Of a DNA stretch of 64,000 bases, positions 17,941 to 35,300 are shown in pieces (position 1 is the first letter of the stretch; every line of letters begins with the position of its first letter). A model generated the notes under the pieces. It saw only the letters and a list, made by a program, of their open reading frames with translations. It made no database searches and was not told the DNA's origin. The stretch lies in the NCBI RefSeq assembly GCF_009914755.1, contig NC_060934.1. One strand, written 5' to 3'. This DNA is from the human T2T-CHM13v2.0 reference genome, Homo sapiens. A program made the translations under genes and the position numbers.

Positions 17941-18456
17941 GCTTCACAGTGCTACTGGGAAAAGCTCCTTGGCACAGGACACTTGGTGACTTGCAAGGAC
18001 AGACAGTGTCTTGAAGCCGGCTCCTTCCACTTCCTCCCTCCTGCCCCCAACACACAGCTGGCCGGGGCCCGAGACCCTGAGGCAGGAAGTCTGAGCTCTA
18101 TTTTTCACCTCTGACATGTGGTCTGGGGCAGATCCTCTAAACCCAGGGCCCACTTCCCACCTGTATTCATGCAGCAACTTGTTCTTCCGGGTTGCTCAGC
18201 CTGGCAGACCTCATGCTCACTGGTACAGATTCCCATCTTATGACGCTGAAACTTGAACGGGGAAACCCACATGTCCTTGTCTCCAGAATCTCCCAGTCAC
18301 AAAGCGAGTCCCTGGGTCAGGCTGGATGGAATACCTATGTCTCAGTCAGTCCCCTGACCCAGGCCTTATCAAACAGACACGGGGAATTGTCAGGGTGACA
18401 CTTTGATAGTGTCTTGTGAAGGGCTTGGAGGAAGAACATAAGGCTACAAAAGGTAA

Positions 18457-18866
<410 letters not shown>

Positions 18867-20587
18867 TAAAAGAAAACTCTGACATGAAGCAAGGTGCACT
18901 GGCCATATAAAGACTTGAGAGTCCAGGAGGGCCCAGGGATGGGAAAAGACGCTTCACTCTTAATGTTGTATTTGGTTTTGGATGACAAGTCTCCCAAACA
19001 GAACTGTGATGACTTGACACCACTAAAGGGGTGACTTCACTCCTATTCATTCAGATATGTGCGATGGCAACTCATTAAGGACTCATAGTGACCTACCTGG
19101 CTTTGTAAATAGGTTCTGCATTTCCAGCACTATCCATCAACTCAGATCTACTAAGGAATCATGCCCATGAAAAATTAAACGTTCAACTTCTGAAAAGGTT
19201 TTAAAAAATACTTTCAATTTAATCTCACCCCTACTCCACCCATCTTTCACCAAGTTCAAGGGATAAGTACAAGAAACACATGAAGGAATGATTTCCTGTA
19301 GGATTACACCACCAGGAAGCATTTATTAGGTTCCTAATTGCTCATGGTTCTGTGCTAATCACTGTATAAATAGAACTGTGTAGAACTGGTCTCGGTCTCT
19401 CTCTCTCTGGCTTTCAAGACTCTCCCTTGTAAGGTAGACAACAGTCACCTGGACCAACAGGTTCAGGACATAACGAGAACATATGGGAACTTAAAGCATC
19501 CCAGTGACTAGACACTGAAGCGTTTACCTGATCAGTGTCAGAGCATTTTAGGGGTGGGGAGCCAGGGAGGAACACACCAGACAGGGGTAGCTGTTGGGTT
19601 TCCTAGGGCCGCTAGGGCTCAAGCACGATACTCCCCACACCTCTGAGAAGATCCCCAGGCAGAGAAGGCTGCGGTGGGGGGTTAGGTTGCAGAAAGGAGG
19701 GAGGAGGTTTAGGGGTAAACAGCTGGACTGGAGTGGGAGGAGGCAGAGAACAGGTGGCAAGGGTGTGGCCAGGAGAGAACAGCAAGCAACGAGGGCCCCT
19801 GCCCAAGAGACAGAAAGGGGACAGCACGGAGAGCAGCTGTTGTGGGCGCCCCACCCACGCCTCCAACCCAAGGGCTTTCTCAAGCCATCCCACTGTGCTC
19901 GGAGACGTAAGTGGGTTCTAGAAGACTTGTGGTTGGTGTGAGTGGGCGAGCAGAGGGTCTAGGTAAGGGTGAAAACATTCCGACTGGAAGGCAAGAGGGC
20001 AGGGCATGACCGGCCTGTTCTGCTCAGAGGGAGGGCTGGCAAATGACAGCATCAAAGGCACAGGGGAGAACACATCCTTAGATCTGCTCTGGAGGAGGAG
20101 AAGACCTCAGGGAAGCCCTTGGCATTTCTACAGGTGAATGAAAACCACACAGAAGGGGACCTGAGTGCTCTAGATTGCTGCTGAGCAGTGCGCTGACTTT
20201 CCTTTAGAATCAGGCCTTGTGAAAGGAATTGGGGCGAGTGGTCAAACCTGACTTACCATCATCCCGCCTCAAAGCAAAAGGGAATTCTGTCATTAAAAAA
20301 CCATCAAAAAAGCAGCAGCTCTTCTTAGATCTGTAAGAAAAGTAAGGTCGCAGGGCAAACCACTGCCCCAAAATTGGAGAGACAGGAGAATACAGAGAAT
20401 TGCAATTGACCATTGCAGAAGCCCAGGAGCAGAAGGAGGAAAACCGAAACCGTGATTGATGAATTGCCGGAGGCTGGGCATGGACAAGCCTAAGGGTTCA
20501 AGCTCTGGGGACCCGGTCCCAGGGAATCCCCACACTTTTGTGAGTTTACTTCCTGGAGCGTGGCAAGGTTGTCACAGTGAATATTAG

Positions 20588-20995
<408 letters not shown>

Positions 20996-21118
20996 TCCTC
21001 CTCCTCCTCCTCCTTCTCTTCCTCCTCCTCCTCCTTCTTCTCCTTCTGCTTCTTCTTTCTTCTTCTTCCTTCTTCTTTCTTATTTCTTCCTCTCCTTCTC
21101 CTTCTTCTTCTTCTTCCT
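20996..21118 (+). repeat. (CCT)n/(CTT)n pyrimidine tract
   Basis: Direct reading; tail of the adjacent Alu. Confidence 0.9.
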
Positions 21119-21376
21119 TTAGACAAGGTCTTGCTCTTCTTCATAGCTCACTGCAGCCTCAAAATCCTGGGCTCAAGGAATCCTCCCACCTTAGCCTCCC
21201 AGGTAGCCGGGACCATAGCCATGCACCTCCAAACCTAGCTAATTTTTTAACTTTTTTAAAGAAATGGGGTCTGATTATGTTGCCCCAGCTGGTCTCAAAC
21301 TCCAGGCCTCAAGCGACCCTCCTGCCTGGGCCACCCAAAATGCAAGGATTATAGGTATGAGCCACCACACCCAGCT
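21118..21376 (-). mobile_element. Alu (AluJ)
   Basis: catagctcactgcagcctc...ctgggctcaag. Confidence 0.9.
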
Positions 21377-22359
21377 GCATTCTGTTCTTAACAACATCTG
21401 CCCTTAGGAGAAACTAGATAGCCAGAGCCTAACCTACCTAGAGGAAGGGAAATACCCAAGTCTAGCCCCTTCTAGCAACCTGTCCCCTTTAAGGCTGGGG
21501 GGACAACCCAAACTGAAAAACACTTGTAAAGTCCAGGGACATAGGCTCACCAAAAGACCAAGACCCAATATAGGACTATACAGACAACTTCCCCTCTTTA
21601 ACACCTTACCATTGCATTACTAAATGCCCGTTTATCCAAGTTCCTTTACATCATGTCCACCTCTCAACCAAAAATCTTGAGGCATCCCAAAAGATCAAAC
21701 TAACAAACACAGCCTGAAGAGACTGAACAAGCAACAGAACCAGAGTCAGATATGGCAGTAATGTTGGAATTATCAGACCAGGAATTTAAAACCACTAGGA
21801 TTAATATGCAAAGAGCTCTAATGGAAAAAAGTAGACAACATGGAAGAACAGATGGTAATGTAAGCAGAGTGATGGAAAAATCTGGAAAACCACCAAAAGG
21901 AAATGCTAGAGATCAAAGACACCAAAACAGACATGAAGACTGCCTTGGATGGGCTCATGAGTAGAATGGACATGGCCAAGGGAAGAATCTCTGAACTTGA
22001 GGACATGGTGATAGAAACCTCCCAAACTGAAAAACAAAGAGAAAAAGGATAGCAAAAGTCATCCTATTTCGTGGTTAATGACTACAAGCTTTCCAAACCA
22101 TTTTAGATCAGGGACAGGACCCCCAGTTCCACTGTAGTCTAGAACCCAAAAAAGAGGCATCAGGTCTAAATGAAACATGCCCTCAGCCTGCGGGGCAGGA
22201 CACTGGTTTTGTGTCTCCTGGCCCCAGCAGAATTTACCCTTGGTGAGACACCCAGGTAAAAAGCACCTTTTAGGAGGGGGCTGGTCCTAGAAGCATTTCC
22301 GTTTCAACTCCCTCAAACAACACACATATTTCTGTAATTATGCGTGCACACATTTGCTG

Positions 22360-23410
<1,051 letters not shown>

Positions 23411-23417
23411 TGGGGAA

Positions 23418-24089
23418 GTGTTTGAGTCCATTTGAGCTGCTACAGCAAAATACCACAGAATGGGTAAATTATAAACAATAGAAATTTATTTCTTACCATT
23501 GTGGAGGCTGACAAGTCCAAGATCACAGTGCTAGCCTGTTTAGTATGGCAAGGGCTTGGTCTCTGCTTCCAAGATGGCGCCTTGAACACTGTGTCTCCTG
23601 GAGGGGACAAACACTGCGTCCTCACCTGGAAGAAGGGATGGAAAAGGGAATGAATCCACTCCTTCACACCCTTTTATAAGGGCCCTAAGTGATTGAATCA
23701 CCTCCTAAAGGCCCCAACTTTTAATACTATCACATTGGCTAGTAAGTTTCTACATAAGACATGAGCGCAGTGGCTCACACCTGTAATCCCAGCACTTTGG
23801 GAGGCTGAGGCAGGAGGACTGCTGAGACCAGCCTGGGCAACATAGGGAGACCCTGTCTCTACAGAAAATTTTAAAAATTACCCAGGCCCCAGGTGGTGCA
23901 TGCCCGTGGTCCCAGCTACTTTGGAGGCTAAGGTGGGAGGATCGCTTGAGCCCAGGAGTTCAAGGCTGTACTAAGCCATGATTGAGCCACTGCATTCCAG
24001 CCTGGACAACAGAGCGAGACCTTGTCCCCAAAAAAAAAAAAAAAAGTTTCTACATAAGAACCTTGGGGGACAGTTTCAGACCACAGCAA
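23418..24089 (-). mobile_element. MaLR LTR (MSTC/MSTD/MLT1A-like), split by an Alu
   Basis: caaaataccacagaatgggt...ccaagatggcgccttg...tcagaccacagca. Confidence 0.8.
23759..24045 (+). mobile_element. Alu (AluJ)
   Basis: TSD aagtttctacataaga. Confidence 0.93.
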
Positions 24090-24846
24090 GAATCAAGGGA
24101 GATTTTTGTCTTTATCTGCAATGAATTTTTTTTTACGAGAGTGTATTCATGTGTTAAACGTTCAATTAAAAATGAATTTTAAAAGAATGGGAAAAAGGAA
24201 CAAGAACATCTGTCCTCTCATGAGCCAGACAAATAAATAGATAGAATGACTGAGGGATTGTAAGTGGGGAAGGATGGAACTTCTTCCCAAAGAATGGGCC
24301 AGTCCTCTCCCTCACCCACTCCACTTCCAGACCATTTGACCCTTGGGTCTATCAGCTGGAGGCTCCGGCTATCTACTTGGAAACAGCGTAGTATCCACTA
24401 ACATCATCCAGACCCTCTCAGAATGAGGAATTCACAGGCCCAGGGTCAAGGATTCTGGGAACTAAGTGGCCAGGATCCTCACTGGAACACGACCATCTGT
24501 AGTTCAAAAGCTCAATTCCAAGTCCTTTATCTGGGGAGTTTCATTACACAAAGAACACAAAACACTTCACCGCAGCACAGCTCAACCTTAGTGGGTCCAC
24601 GGCATCTGTGGTTTTCAAAAGGGGACTCTGGAACAGTTTGAATTTACTGAACTGGCTTCTGAACAAGTCATCCAGGAGAGATTTTGCGAACGCAGCTTCT
24701 CCCAGGCCTAGAATTGACATAGAAAGTAACACTGGGTCAGGCTGAGAAAACAAACAAACAAACAAACAAACCAGAAGACTAGGGAAAGGAAGAAAGCTGG
24801 AAATAAGAAGTAACAACATGTCAGGCTGAGTATCATTTTCCTCAGC

Positions 24847-24858
24847 AGTTTCGCTTTC
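24847..24858. promoter_or_regulatory. ISRE/IRF motif AGTTTCGCTTTC
   Basis: Exact AGTTTCNNTTTC consensus in unique DNA; motif only. Confidence 0.45.
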
Positions 24859-25053
24859 ACAGTTCACTCTCTCACCTTTTTGCTTTTCCAAATGAGAGGT
24901 TAAAATGGTGAAGCATAGAAGGGCCCTTCATCCTCACAGGATGTTTGACATAAAATATTGATCACAGAAGCCTTTGTTTTCTGTAGAGGGGAACAAAACA
25001 ATATTTTTTCATCTCTCTCCAGCGAACATGAATGTTTAAAAACTATTTTGCTT

Positions 25054-25360
25054 GGCCGAGCACAGTGGCTATGGCCAGGTTCAGCAGCTCCTGCCTGTAA
25101 TCCCAGCACTTTGGGAGGCTGAGGTGGGAGGATTGCTTGGGCTCAGGCACTGAAGAACAGCCTAGGCAATATAGCGAGACCTTGTCTCTGCAAAAAATAA
25201 ACAAAATCAGCCAGCATGGTGGTGCATGCCTGTGTTCCCAGCTATTCAGGAGGCTGCAGTAGGAGGATCCCTTGAGCCCGGGAGGTCGAGGATACAGTGA
25301 GCTGAGATTGTGCCATTGCACTCCAGCTTGGGTGACAAGCAGAGACCCCATCTCAAAAAA
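25054..25360 (+). mobile_element. Alu (AluJ)
   Basis: ggatcccttgagcccgggaggtcgag; irregular 5' end. Confidence 0.9.
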
Positions 25361-26435
25361 CAGCAACCAACAAAACCTATTTTGCTGACAAAAATTACAA
25401 TCACAGGCACACTAAGCCAAACAGCATCCCATTCCCTTCACCAGTAATTTAATGAATGGTGACTTTGCACAGAGGTTCATATTCAAGGACCTAGAATGCT
25501 TAAAATGCTATTATAGTCTTGACTCTATTGAAATTATAATAAGAAAATATGATGCGACGTCGAATCCTAGGTCTTGTAACAATTGGAAAAATGTTTTCTG
25601 TATTAGAATGTACCTACTGTGACCCACCATTTGTAGGTTCTTGGTAAATGACATAAAATCCAATTAAAATTCAGTTGTTGGAGCTGTTGAATCCACATAC
25701 AAATATGTATATACACACATATGTATATGTATGGTGATAATTATTACATATTTTTGTATGCTTGAAACTTTTCATAATAAAAAATCAGAAAAAAATCTGT
25801 TTCTTCTTCCAAAATCTGTTTCAGATGATCTTTTATGATCGCCTTGTTCAGACCTTCCCTGACCACTGGCTAACAACTTCCCAGCAGGTGTCTCTGGCTT
25901 TCCCTGACTCCACTTTGCAGTCCAGCCTATATTTGGCAGCTGCGTAGCTCTTCTAAAACAAAGCTTTTATCTTGCCACTCCCAAGTCTCTTTGAGGCTCA
26001 CCACAAAGAGTCCGCACGCCCCTGCCCAGCTTTCCCGGTTCTCAGCCTCCCACCCCTCCCTCCCACTTCATCCTAGTTCTCCAGGACCCACGGGCTGGGC
26101 TTCTCACCGACGTTTTATTTGCGCCTCTGCCTGTGGGGCACCCCACTGGGGGTATGGATCCCTGTGGCCTTCCGTTGTCTAAATTTGACCTGCTCCTGTT
26201 TCATCCAGAGTCTCACTTCCTCCATTCATTCCCCGGTTTCGGCATCGGAAGTCCAGACCGCAATCATCCAAACTCCTGCCACTTGAATGCAAATGGCATC
26301 TATCACATGCCAGGCACTGTTCTAGGCACTTAAGATACATCAGCGAATAAGACAGATAAACTTTGCAGAGCTTACACTCTAGTGGGGATGGGAGCAAACC
26401 TAACTCATATCCACAATAAATAAGTGTATTATATA

Positions 26436-28452
<2,017 letters not shown>

Positions 28453-28691
28453 TAGCATAATCAGAGAGGCTTAATGGAAGAGGTAATATTTGAGGAAAGA
28501 CCTGAAGAAGGTAAGGGAGTAGGCACTGAAGATATTGGGGGAACAGTGCTCCCCGAGACATCTGGGCAGCCAGGCACAGGGACCACAAGCAGAAAAGGGT
28601 CCTGTGAGGGTTTCGTGTTTTCTTTACAATTTGTCAATGTGAACACCATGCTCACACCAAAGAACAGCAAGTTTCCTACCTGGCTTCTCTG

Positions 28692-28770
28692 CCTTCCTCC
28701 TTCCTTCCCTCCCTTCCTCCCTCCTTCCTTCCTTTCTTCCTTTCTTCCTTCCGTTCTCCCTTTCTTCCCA
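28692..28770 (+). repeat. (TTCC)n-rich tract
   Basis: Direct reading. Confidence 0.8.
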
Positions 28771-28869
28771 ATATGCCCCACTTCAATGGATGAGTTTTCC
28801 AGCTCCCTCGGCTGCTTTCTGCATTGCACATGACAAGTATCCACTAAATATTCATTCATTAGAAACAGC

Positions 28870-29800
28870 CAGACGATGCTGAGCCTCTGTAGCTCTCTAG
28901 CATCTACCATAGCACAGATCTCAGGAAGACCCACAAGATACATTTGTCAACAAGTCGATGGCCTCCTATGTGGCCCTGTGCTGTGTGCTGAGGCTACAGG
29001 AAGGAACAAAGCCTCCTATCTGGGGGCCCACTTCTGCAGTTAAGTTCATCTGGTGTCCTTTGTAATACTGCAAAGAGAACTTCTTACGCTGTAGCTGAAT
29101 GAGAGAAATATCCCATTCCAAACCTCTGATGGAAACTGGCCAAGTCAGCGTGTGAGAGGAAGAAGGAAGGTAAGAGGTGGAGGAGGTGGAAGGAGGGAAC
29201 TTCAAGGTCTTTTGGAGCAATGGTGTGGTTGGCCTGTGGGAAACTCAGCGGCTGTGAATTCAGCCTCATTTTGCCCAGCGTTTGGGGGGTGCTCAGTGCC
29301 AGAGAACAACACGCTTCCTATGAAAGATTGCAAAGTAAAAACAAGGAGGCGTGTTAGAGAGCCACAATTCACACATATTAACTAAAAAACACAGCTATAA
29401 ATCATGTTTATCACCATATGGAAGTCATTATGGAAAGTGGGAGACAAATAGACATGAAGAAACAAAAATTAGGATTTCATCTGCCCTGATTCTTAGTCAT
29501 TTATTACCATCCAGCTGGGCACACACTTTAGGAACCACGATGAGCAAGATTACCCAACCGGAAACACCTTGTCGCCTTAATCAGATTGAATGTTATCTTA
29601 GCTGTGATAGAGCAACAGTGATTTTTTTTTTTTAACTGGAAGGAACAGATGAAAAACATCTTTTTCTTCAGGATTGACATTTCTTAACACAGATTACAGC
29701 AGGCAGGCAGTTGACGTCTCTTCTTACCCTGCCGATTTGGTTATCTTCTGCAGAACAGAATCCCTTCAGTGTCATTCCAGCCACAAGCACAGGAATCTAG
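28870..29800. promoter_or_regulatory. Candidate enhancer island
   Basis: Largely non-repeat ~0.9 kb with RUNX TGTGGTT (29224-29230), several GGAA/TTCC ETS cores, C/EBP-like ATTGCAAAG overlapping FOX-like AAGTAAAAACA (~29327-29343), CRE-like TGACGTCT (~29712). Confidence 0.4.
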
Positions 29801-29821
29801 TCACTCATTCGTTCCCCCATT

Positions 29822-30278
29822 TGATAGAGGCAGGAGCCAGCCAAATGGCCAGGCCAATAGGGAAGGGTCCCCAGAGAACCCCCGACCTGCCCAGGTCATT
29901 GTGCACAGGGGGCTTATCTAAACAAGCCCACAGTCAAAAATTCCATCCCTTCACACCTGCGCAGTAAGGGAAATAAACCAATGTGGAGTGGCTCAGACCA
30001 AGGGCCCACCTGCCCACTGGAAGAATGGGATGGACCCACCAGGAATTCCCCTTAGGCAGGGGAGGAGCCTGGCCTTTTGGACTCATGGGTGGCAGCCTGG
30101 CATTCAATTTGTGAGGCGGAAGCCTGCAGGCAGGACCCTGCCTTTAACTGAGAGCTTTCCTTTTGCTTAATCAATTCAGCCCTCCTCACCCTTCAATGTG
30201 TCCACGTGCCTATTTTTTCCTGGCTGTGAGACAAGAACCCAGATTAAGCTGAACTAAGGAGCAAAAATCCTTGAATCA
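29822..30278 (+). mobile_element. ERV1 solo LTR, MER61-like
   Basis: TG...CA termini, 4-bp TSD CATT on both sides; tgatagaggcagg start and gagacaagaacc..agctgaactaaggagcaaaaatcc end. Confidence 0.85.
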
Positions 30279-30395
30279 CATTCATGGCCCTTTGCTGTGT
30301 GCTGAGGCTACGGGGAGGAAAAAGACTGTCAAGGACCCTGCCCTCAAGAAGTTTAGAGTCTGGAAAGAGACACAGGCATTAAAAAAGTAATTTCA

Positions 30396-30696
<301 letters not shown>

Positions 30697-30794
30697 TCAA
30701 TCTCATGCAAAAATACCCTTGCAGACACACCAGAAATCATATTTGATCAAATATCCAGGCCCAGTCAAGTTGACACAAAAAATTAACCATCACA
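30697..30794 (-). mobile_element. MLT2 (ERVL) LTR terminal fragment
   Basis: cccagtcaagttgacacaaaaaattaaccatcaca. Confidence 0.75.
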
Positions 30795-30799
30795 GGGGT

Positions 30800-32250
30800 G
30801 GTGAGGAAGGAGGTTGGAAAGTGCAATGTAGGCAGATGTACCAGGGCCTTGCAGGCAATGCTAAGAGTGTTTATCTTTATTATAAGAGCAACGGGTAGCC
30901 AGTACAGGGCTTCAAGACAAGGCAAGAAATACTCCACTTAGTATTGGGAAAAGATTGCTTTGATTGTTGTTTGGGGAAGAGATAGGTCTGGACAAATTCA
31001 AGGAACATTGCATAGAAGTGACATTTAGGTTAGGTCTTGAAGATGGAGAAGGATTCAGTTACTTGGAGAGAGTAAGGGAATTCTAAATAAGAGAAATGCA
31101 TTAGCTAAGGAAGAAAGATGGCAGCCAAGGATATTCAATGATGAAAGTATCTTGAATGATAGGAATAGGGAATCTCAGGGGAGAAGGAATCTAAAATGAG
31201 CATAGCAAGGTGGCTGGGGGAGAATCACAGAGGGCCTTGAGTACTAGGATAAGGAAACCATAGCTCCATTCTATCGAATTTGATGGTTTCTTTGAGCAGG
31301 TGATTGACATACCCAGTATCTTTTAGGAAGATGACTGATATGGTTTGGATCTGTGTCCCCCCCTCAAATCTCACGTTGAAATGTAATCCCCAATGCTGGA
31401 GGTGGGGCCTGGTGGGAGGTAATTGGATCGTGAGGGCAGATTTCTCATGAATGTCCTAGTGCCACCCTCTTGGGGATTGTCTTAGTGAAAGCGAATGAGT
31501 TTTCGTGAGATCTGCTTGTTTAACAGTGTGTGGCACCTCCTGCCTCGCTCTCTTCCTCCTGTTCCGGCCATGTGAAGTGCTGGCTCCTCATTTTCCTTCC
31601 ACCATGATTGGAAGCTTCCTGAGGCCTCACCAGAAGCAGATGCTGCCATGCTTCCTGTACAGCCTGCAGAACCGTGAGCCAATTAAACCTCTCTTCTTAT
31701 AAACTACCCAGTCTCAGGTACTTCTTTATAGCAGTGTGAGAACAGACTAATACAATGACTACTGATCATAGTGGATTGGCCACTGGAGAGAAAGCTGATG
31801 GAGCAGAGAGCACTTGGGAAGAAACCATTAAACACTGAAAGAGGAAGAGGTGGTGGAGATACATTGGAGAGAACAAATACAATAGACTTATCTGAGGTCA
31901 AATCAACAGAACCCAGCAACGGATCAGACAGAGAGAGAAAGCAGAAAGAGTGAAATAAAACTCCACGGTTCTAGCCTGAGTGATTAAGGGCAGAGCAATG
32001 TTCTGGACCTTGCTGGGAGATTCAGGAAGAAGAGGGAAATCTGGGTTTATTTCAAGGAGGGGTGGGAAGGAGAGATGAGATGAAGGAGGACCAGGAAAAT
32101 AAAATATTTCAAGTTAGCTATGCTGCATTGGAAGTGCTTACCGCATATCCAGGTAAGACGTCCACTGGGTAGTTAAGATCTATGGGTCTGGAACCCAGGA
32201 GAGAAATTGGGGTTGGAAATGCAGACTTGGGAGTCAAAATCATAATGATG
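30800..32250 (-). mobile_element. L2 fragments (antisense), interrupted by an MST LTR
   Basis: cagggccttgcaggc..gctaagag; gaagtgacatttagg; ggttggaaatgcagacttgggagtca. Confidence 0.6.
31336..31754 (+). mobile_element. MSTA/MSTB solo LTR
   Basis: tgatatggtttgg...gactaataca; 5-bp TSD ATGAC on both sides. Confidence 0.92.
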
Positions 32251-32576
32251 TTCTCAGTCTTTTGGATTTCAAATTTTAGTAAAATTATCAAAAGAAAAAA
32301 AGCAATTTGCACGAGTAACTTTTTTGTTTGTGAATTACCACCATCTACTTTCACAAAGAACCAGACACTGTAATTCCCAAAAGGTATAAAAGGCATCATC
32401 TTAGAATAAAAGGTCCTCCTTCAAAGAGAGTAAATTTAGCCTTATGGAAAACTTCCTCCATCATCCCCATTTTTCTCATTTTGCTGCAAACCTGTAAAAC
32501 TTGTATCCCACAGACAGTTTGGATTGCATTTGGCCACCATGGGTTTGAGACATGGCGGGAACAAAAGTGTGAGTTC

Positions 32577-32873
<297 letters not shown>

Positions 32874-33085
32874 AACCGTGAGGTCTGATGAGACACCTTG
32901 TAAGAGCATTTAGAGCTCACAGGGAAGATGGGGAACATAAAAGAAAATGGAACCATCTAGCAGAGGAGATGAGCGTAGAGGCAGAAGCAGTGGGGGAAAT
33001 CAATGAAGAATAAAAAAATAGGAATGAGAAGGGTCCTTCCCCCTTTTCTATCACACTCAGATAGAAACTAGCACTCACATCCCTG

Positions 33086-33163
33086 CGTGAACCGGGGAGG
33101 CGGAGGCTGCAGGGAGCAGAGATCGCACCACCCCACTCCAGCCTGGCGACAGAGCGAGACTCT
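33086..33163 (+). mobile_element. Alu right-arm fragment without tail
   Basis: gcgtgaaccggggaggcggagg...gagcgagactct. Confidence 0.8.
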
Positions 33164-33223
33164 GGTAGAGACGGGATTTTGATCAGGGTGGCAAAGATGA
33201 AGCCACAAACTAAGAAGAGTCAG

Positions 33224-33522
33224 GGCCAGGCGCAGTGGCTCACGCCTGTAATCCCAACACTTTGGGAGGTCGAGACAGGAGGATCACTTGAGGCCAGGAG
33301 TTTGACACCAGCCTGGCCAACATGGTGAAACCCTGTTTCTACTAAAAATACAAAAATTAACCAGGTGTGGTGGCGCGTGCCTGTAATCCCAGCTACTCAA
33401 GAGGCTGAGACAGGAGAATTGCTTGAACCCAGGAAGCGGGATTGCAGGGAGCTGAGATTGCGCCACTGCACTCCAGCCTGGGCGACAGAGTGAGACTCTG
33501 TCTCAAAAAAAAAAAAAAAAAA
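33224..33522 (+). mobile_element. Alu (AluS)
   Basis: Full dimer with poly(A). Confidence 0.95.
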
Positions 33523-33854
33523 TTAGGGTCGGGAAACCGCAGCCCATGAGCCAGGTCCATCCTGCCTGCTGCCCGGTTTTGTGCAACACATGGGCTTAGA
33601 ATGTTTTTACATTTTGAAATGGTTAAAAAAAAAGCAAAAGAAGAACACTACTTCATGACATGTGAAAATTATTTGAAATTCAAATTTCAACATCCAGAAA
33701 TAGTTTCACTGGAGCGCAGTCACCCTCAGCTGTTCACATATTGTCTGTGGCTGCTTTCAGGCTGCAGGACGGAGTTGAGTCAGCGTGAAAGAGATTGTGT
33801 GGTCCACAGAGTCTAAAATATTTCCTGGCTGGGCGCCATGGCTCACACCTGTAA

Positions 33855-34685
<831 letters not shown>

Positions 34686-34964
34686 TCAGAAAAAGTTTGC
34701 CTACCCTTGCACCGGAAGCAGGAGGGAAAGAGATGGGCTTGTTGGAAACCAGGAAAGGAGAAATTGACAGAGCTGCAGGGAGCAATCCCTTTCCACCTTC
34801 ACCCAGGACTGAGATCATGTCATACAAAAGCCCTGTGTTGTTCAGAGGACCAGAGGGGTAAGACCGACAAACCGCAGTGCATGTTGGCACGTTACTTACA
34901 GATGTGCAATTGGACTTTTATTATGGTTGTTGCTCTATTGTATGTTTGTGTGTTTCCTTATTAC

Positions 34965-35300
34965 ATTTATCTATCTATCTATGTATTTATTTATTTATTT
35001 ATTTATTTATTTTGAGACAAAGTCTCGCTCTGTCACCCAGGCTGGAGTGGAGTGAAGTGGTGTGATCTCGGCTTACTGCAACCTCTGCCTCCCAGGTTCA
35101 AGCGATTCTCCTGCCTCAGCCTCCTGAGTAGCTGGGATCACAGACGCCTGCCATCATGCCTGGCTAATTTTTGTATTTTTAGTAGAGATGGGGTTTCGCC
35201 ATGTTGGTCAGGCTGGTCTCGAACTCCTGACCTCAAGTGATCCACCTGCCTCGGCCTCCCAAAGTGCTGGAATTACAGGCATGAACCACTGCACCTGGCC
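34965..35300 (-). mobile_element. Alu (AluSx) with (TTTA)n tail
   Basis: Antisense dimer; TSD tattac(a/c)ttta. Confidence 0.95.

Noticed and set aside
20439-20531. IRF-like AAACCGAAACC and kB site GGGAATCCCC
   Set aside because: Both lie inside an ancient L1 5' region; cannot be distinguished from inherited or chance motifs.
21752-21964. 70-aa ORF with ATG (MAVMLELSDQEFK...)
   Set aside because: Frameshifted L1 ORF1 remnant, not a host gene.
23569-23581. CAAGATGGCG YY1 motif
   Set aside because: Standard part of this MaLR LTR family; not informative on its own.
29320-29345. Idea that this is the 8q24 prostate-risk FOXA1 enhancer or another known GWAS locus
   Set aside because: Alu density and the flanking sequence I could recall did not fit; the locus is left unidentified.
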